Source: a phage. From it: a DNA stretch of 847 nucleotides. This document shows, piece by piece, positions 1 to 847 of the stretch. Position numbers and translations under genes: made by a program. The stretch lies in the sequence record AF039876.1; one strand, written 5' to 3'. Positions within the stretch are counted from its first letter, which is position 1; each line of letters opens with the position of its first letter. The notes beneath the pieces were generated by a model. That model was not told the origin of the DNA. It worked only from the letters and a program-made list of their open reading frames with translations, and ran no database searches.

Positions 1-14
1 GTGACTTTGCAGCA

Positions 15-533
15 ATGGCTAAGATCGGCGGTAGGTTACCTATTATGTACGCAGCTCTTGCTTCTAACGTATTCGTCCTACAGACTGCTTTTGAGAGCCT
101 AAAAGTAGGTGACCAGCTAAATAGGCTGGAACAGTTCGGTACTATTGTCGGCACCATGACAGGTACACCGGTACAGACACTAGCTTTATCACTACAAAAC
201 GCTACTAATGGTGCTATATCCTTTGAAGAGGCTATGCGTCAAGCATCCTCTGCTTCCGCTTATGGATTTGACAGCGAACAACTAGAGCAGTTCGGTTTAG
301 TAGCACGTCGTGCGGCTGCTGTTCTTGGTGTTGATATGACTGATGCACTTAACCGTGTAATTAAGGGTGTATCAAAACAAGAAATCGAACTTCTGGATGA
401 ACTTGGTGTTACTATTCGTCTTAACGATGCGTATGAAAATTACGTTAAACAATTAAATGCTACCAGTACAGGTATTAAATATACTGTAGATAGTTTAACT
501 ACATACCAAGAAACAACAAGCGTATGCAAATGA
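15..533 (+). CDS. Hypothetical phage-type structural protein, possibly tail tape-measure-like or minor tail protein; probably the N-terminal part of a longer interrupted gene
   Basis: Supplied ORF of 172 aa, ATG 15 to TGA 531-533. No minus-strand ORF competes. First codon position is G-rich and third position T-rich (gct, ggt, cgt, act, gtt), as expected for real coding sequence. Segments such as AYGFDSEQLEQFGLVARRAAAVLGV and ELLDELGVTIRLNDAYENYVKQ resemble tape-measure-like proteins from memory only. Frame 0 is also open at 3-14 (D-F-A-A) and there is no Shine-Dalgarno-like motif in 1-14, so the start may be upstream of the window. Confidence 0.75.
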   Translation: MAKIGGRLPIMYAALASNVFVLQTAFESLKVGDQLNRLEQFGTIVGTMTGTPVQTLALSLQNATNGAISFEEAMRQASSASAYGFDSEQLEQFGLVARRAAAVLGVDMTDALNRVIKGVSKQEIELLDELGVTIRLNDAYENYVKQLNATSTGIKYTVDSLTTYQETTSVCK

Positions 534-770
534 AGTTATTGCAAGAGTCTACTCCGTAGATTTGGATACCTAGATGATGCTCCTAAGGCAACCTCCTGGG
601 AACAATTTGCTGCCAATGCTAACTCAGCTCTAAGAAGTTTACAACAAAGTGCTGCTACATACTTAAATCCTGTTATGGATACCCTTAATACTTCCTATAC
701 CAAACTAAATCTCCCAGATGAGAAGTTCCGCAATGGCACTAATGCATCCGCTAAAAACTACTCAAGCTGA
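534..770 (+). CDS. Probable 3' continuation of the upstream gene: start-less open frame in the same frame, separated from it only by TGA 531-533 (frameshifted or stop-interrupted gene, possibly a pseudogene or sequencing artefact)
   Basis: Frame 0 has 78 sense codons from 534 to 767 and then TGA 768-770. There is no ATG, GTG or TTG in this frame before ATG 675, and that ATG has no RBS. A rough chance estimate for an open run this long is about 0.02, assuming roughly 5% stop frequency per codon. The translation from 573 onward (DDAPKATSWEQFAANANSALRSLQQSAATYLNPVMDTLNTSYTKLNLPDEKFRNGTNASAKNYSS) is protein-like, and all three frames are stop-rich only after 770. Confidence 0.4.
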   Translation, partial: SYCKSLLRRFGYLDDAPKATSWEQFAANANSALRSLQQSAATYLNPVMDTLNTSYTKLNLPDEKFRNGTNASAKNYSS

Positions 771-783
771 AAACGTTCAGCTT
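764..783 (+). terminator. Stem-loop overlapping the stop codon; weak candidate intrinsic terminator or RNA-processing/stability hairpin
   Basis: Perfect inverted repeat aagctgaa (764-771) / ttcagctt (776-783) with a 4-nt loop aacg (772-775). It is preceded by an A-run (753-757) and followed by only a short T stretch (the stem ends ctt, then t at 784), so there is no canonical U-tract. The stem has 3 G/C pairs out of 8. Confidence 0.25.
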
Positions 784-847
784 TATAGAGAATGCTGTAG
801 GGGCCCCAGAAGTTTAGATCCATAACCTAAGAAAGCGAAAAACGTGT

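Noticed and set aside
531-533. Alternative genetic code with TGA reassigned to Trp or Gly (tables 4 or 25).
   Set aside because: Base composition is moderate rather than the very low GC typical of code-4 hosts, TGG is used for Trp at 597-599, and the second TGA at 768-770 is followed by a hairpin and stops in all frames, so it behaves as a genuine terminator.
522-563. Selenocysteine recoding: TGA 531-533 is flanked by the only two Cys codons in the frame (C-K-TGA-S-Y-C, a UxxC-like arrangement), with a small hairpin at 545-563 (stem 545-552 / 556-563, loop tcc) downstream.
   Set aside because: The Cys cluster is better explained as out-of-frame sequence, since frame +1 gives a Cys-free, more typical peptide. 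The hairpin is short, includes G-U wobbles and does not resemble a bacterial SECIS element. A selenoprotein role for a phage structural protein has no precedent I know of. Only a search for selB/selA/selC in the host or genome, or proteomics, could revive it.
525-573. Programmed +1 ribosomal frameshift at the TGA (prfB-like), possibly aided by the weak tgcaa/ttgca inverted repeat at 525-543.
   Set aside because: There is no SD-like stimulator upstream of the stop and the AAA-TGA context is a poor slip site. Shifting at the stop yields only a 13-codon tail ending at TAG 571-573 and would not reach the frame-0 coding region downstream. The inverted repeat is only 5 bp and A/U-rich.
784-790. Phage RNA polymerase promoter-like TATAGAG (T7/SP6-type core) or a sigma-70 promoter in the 3' tail.
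   Set aside because: Only a partial match to the conserved CACTATAGGGAGA / CACTATAGAAG cores, and no convincing -35/-10 pair with proper spacing. It is indistinguishable from chance in A/T-rich sequence.
829-847. Purine-rich aagaaag (829-835) followed by GTG 844-846 as the RBS and start of a downstream gene.
   Set aside because: Weak resemblance to a Shine-Dalgarno sequence, and the window ends one base after the putative start, so nothing can be evaluated.
1-847. Minus-strand genes, tRNA/rRNA, CRISPR repeats, IS or transposon ends.
   Set aside because: No minus-strand ORF appears in the track, and I found no cloverleaf-compatible segment, no regularly spaced direct repeats and no terminal inverted repeats on reading the sequence.

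Overview
This 847-bp window is almost entirely one plus-strand protein-coding gene followed by a short stop-rich non-coding tail. The ORF track gives 15..533 (172 aa). The frame is open back to the first base of the window, so the true start could lie upstream, although Met-Ala-Lys at 15 is a plausible N-terminus. The protein is Ala/Leu/Gly/Thr/Gln/Ser-rich, has no Cys or Trp until its last residues, and carries a duplicated LEQFG motif. By eye it resembles phage structural proteins of the tail tape-measure / minor tail type; this is tentative because no homology search was possible. The most notable signal is at the 3' end. The ORF stops at TGA 531-533, yet the same frame stays open for 78 more codons (534-767, stop TGA 768-770) with no in-frame start codon before ATG 675. 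In addition, a 24-codon patch in frame +1 (499-570) reads more protein-like than frame 0 across the stop. The most economical reading is a single gene of about 250 codons (15..770) interrupted either by two compensating 1-nt shifts at homopolymers (A3 at 511-513, T3 at 561-563) or by a single in-frame TGA; I cannot tell sequencing artefact from real mutation or recoding. Downstream, an 8-bp-stem hairpin overlaps the second stop (764-783) and a GGGGCCCC palindrome sits at 800-807. I see no rRNA, tRNA, CRISPR array or mobile-element signature, and no support for a multi-gene system in a window this short.
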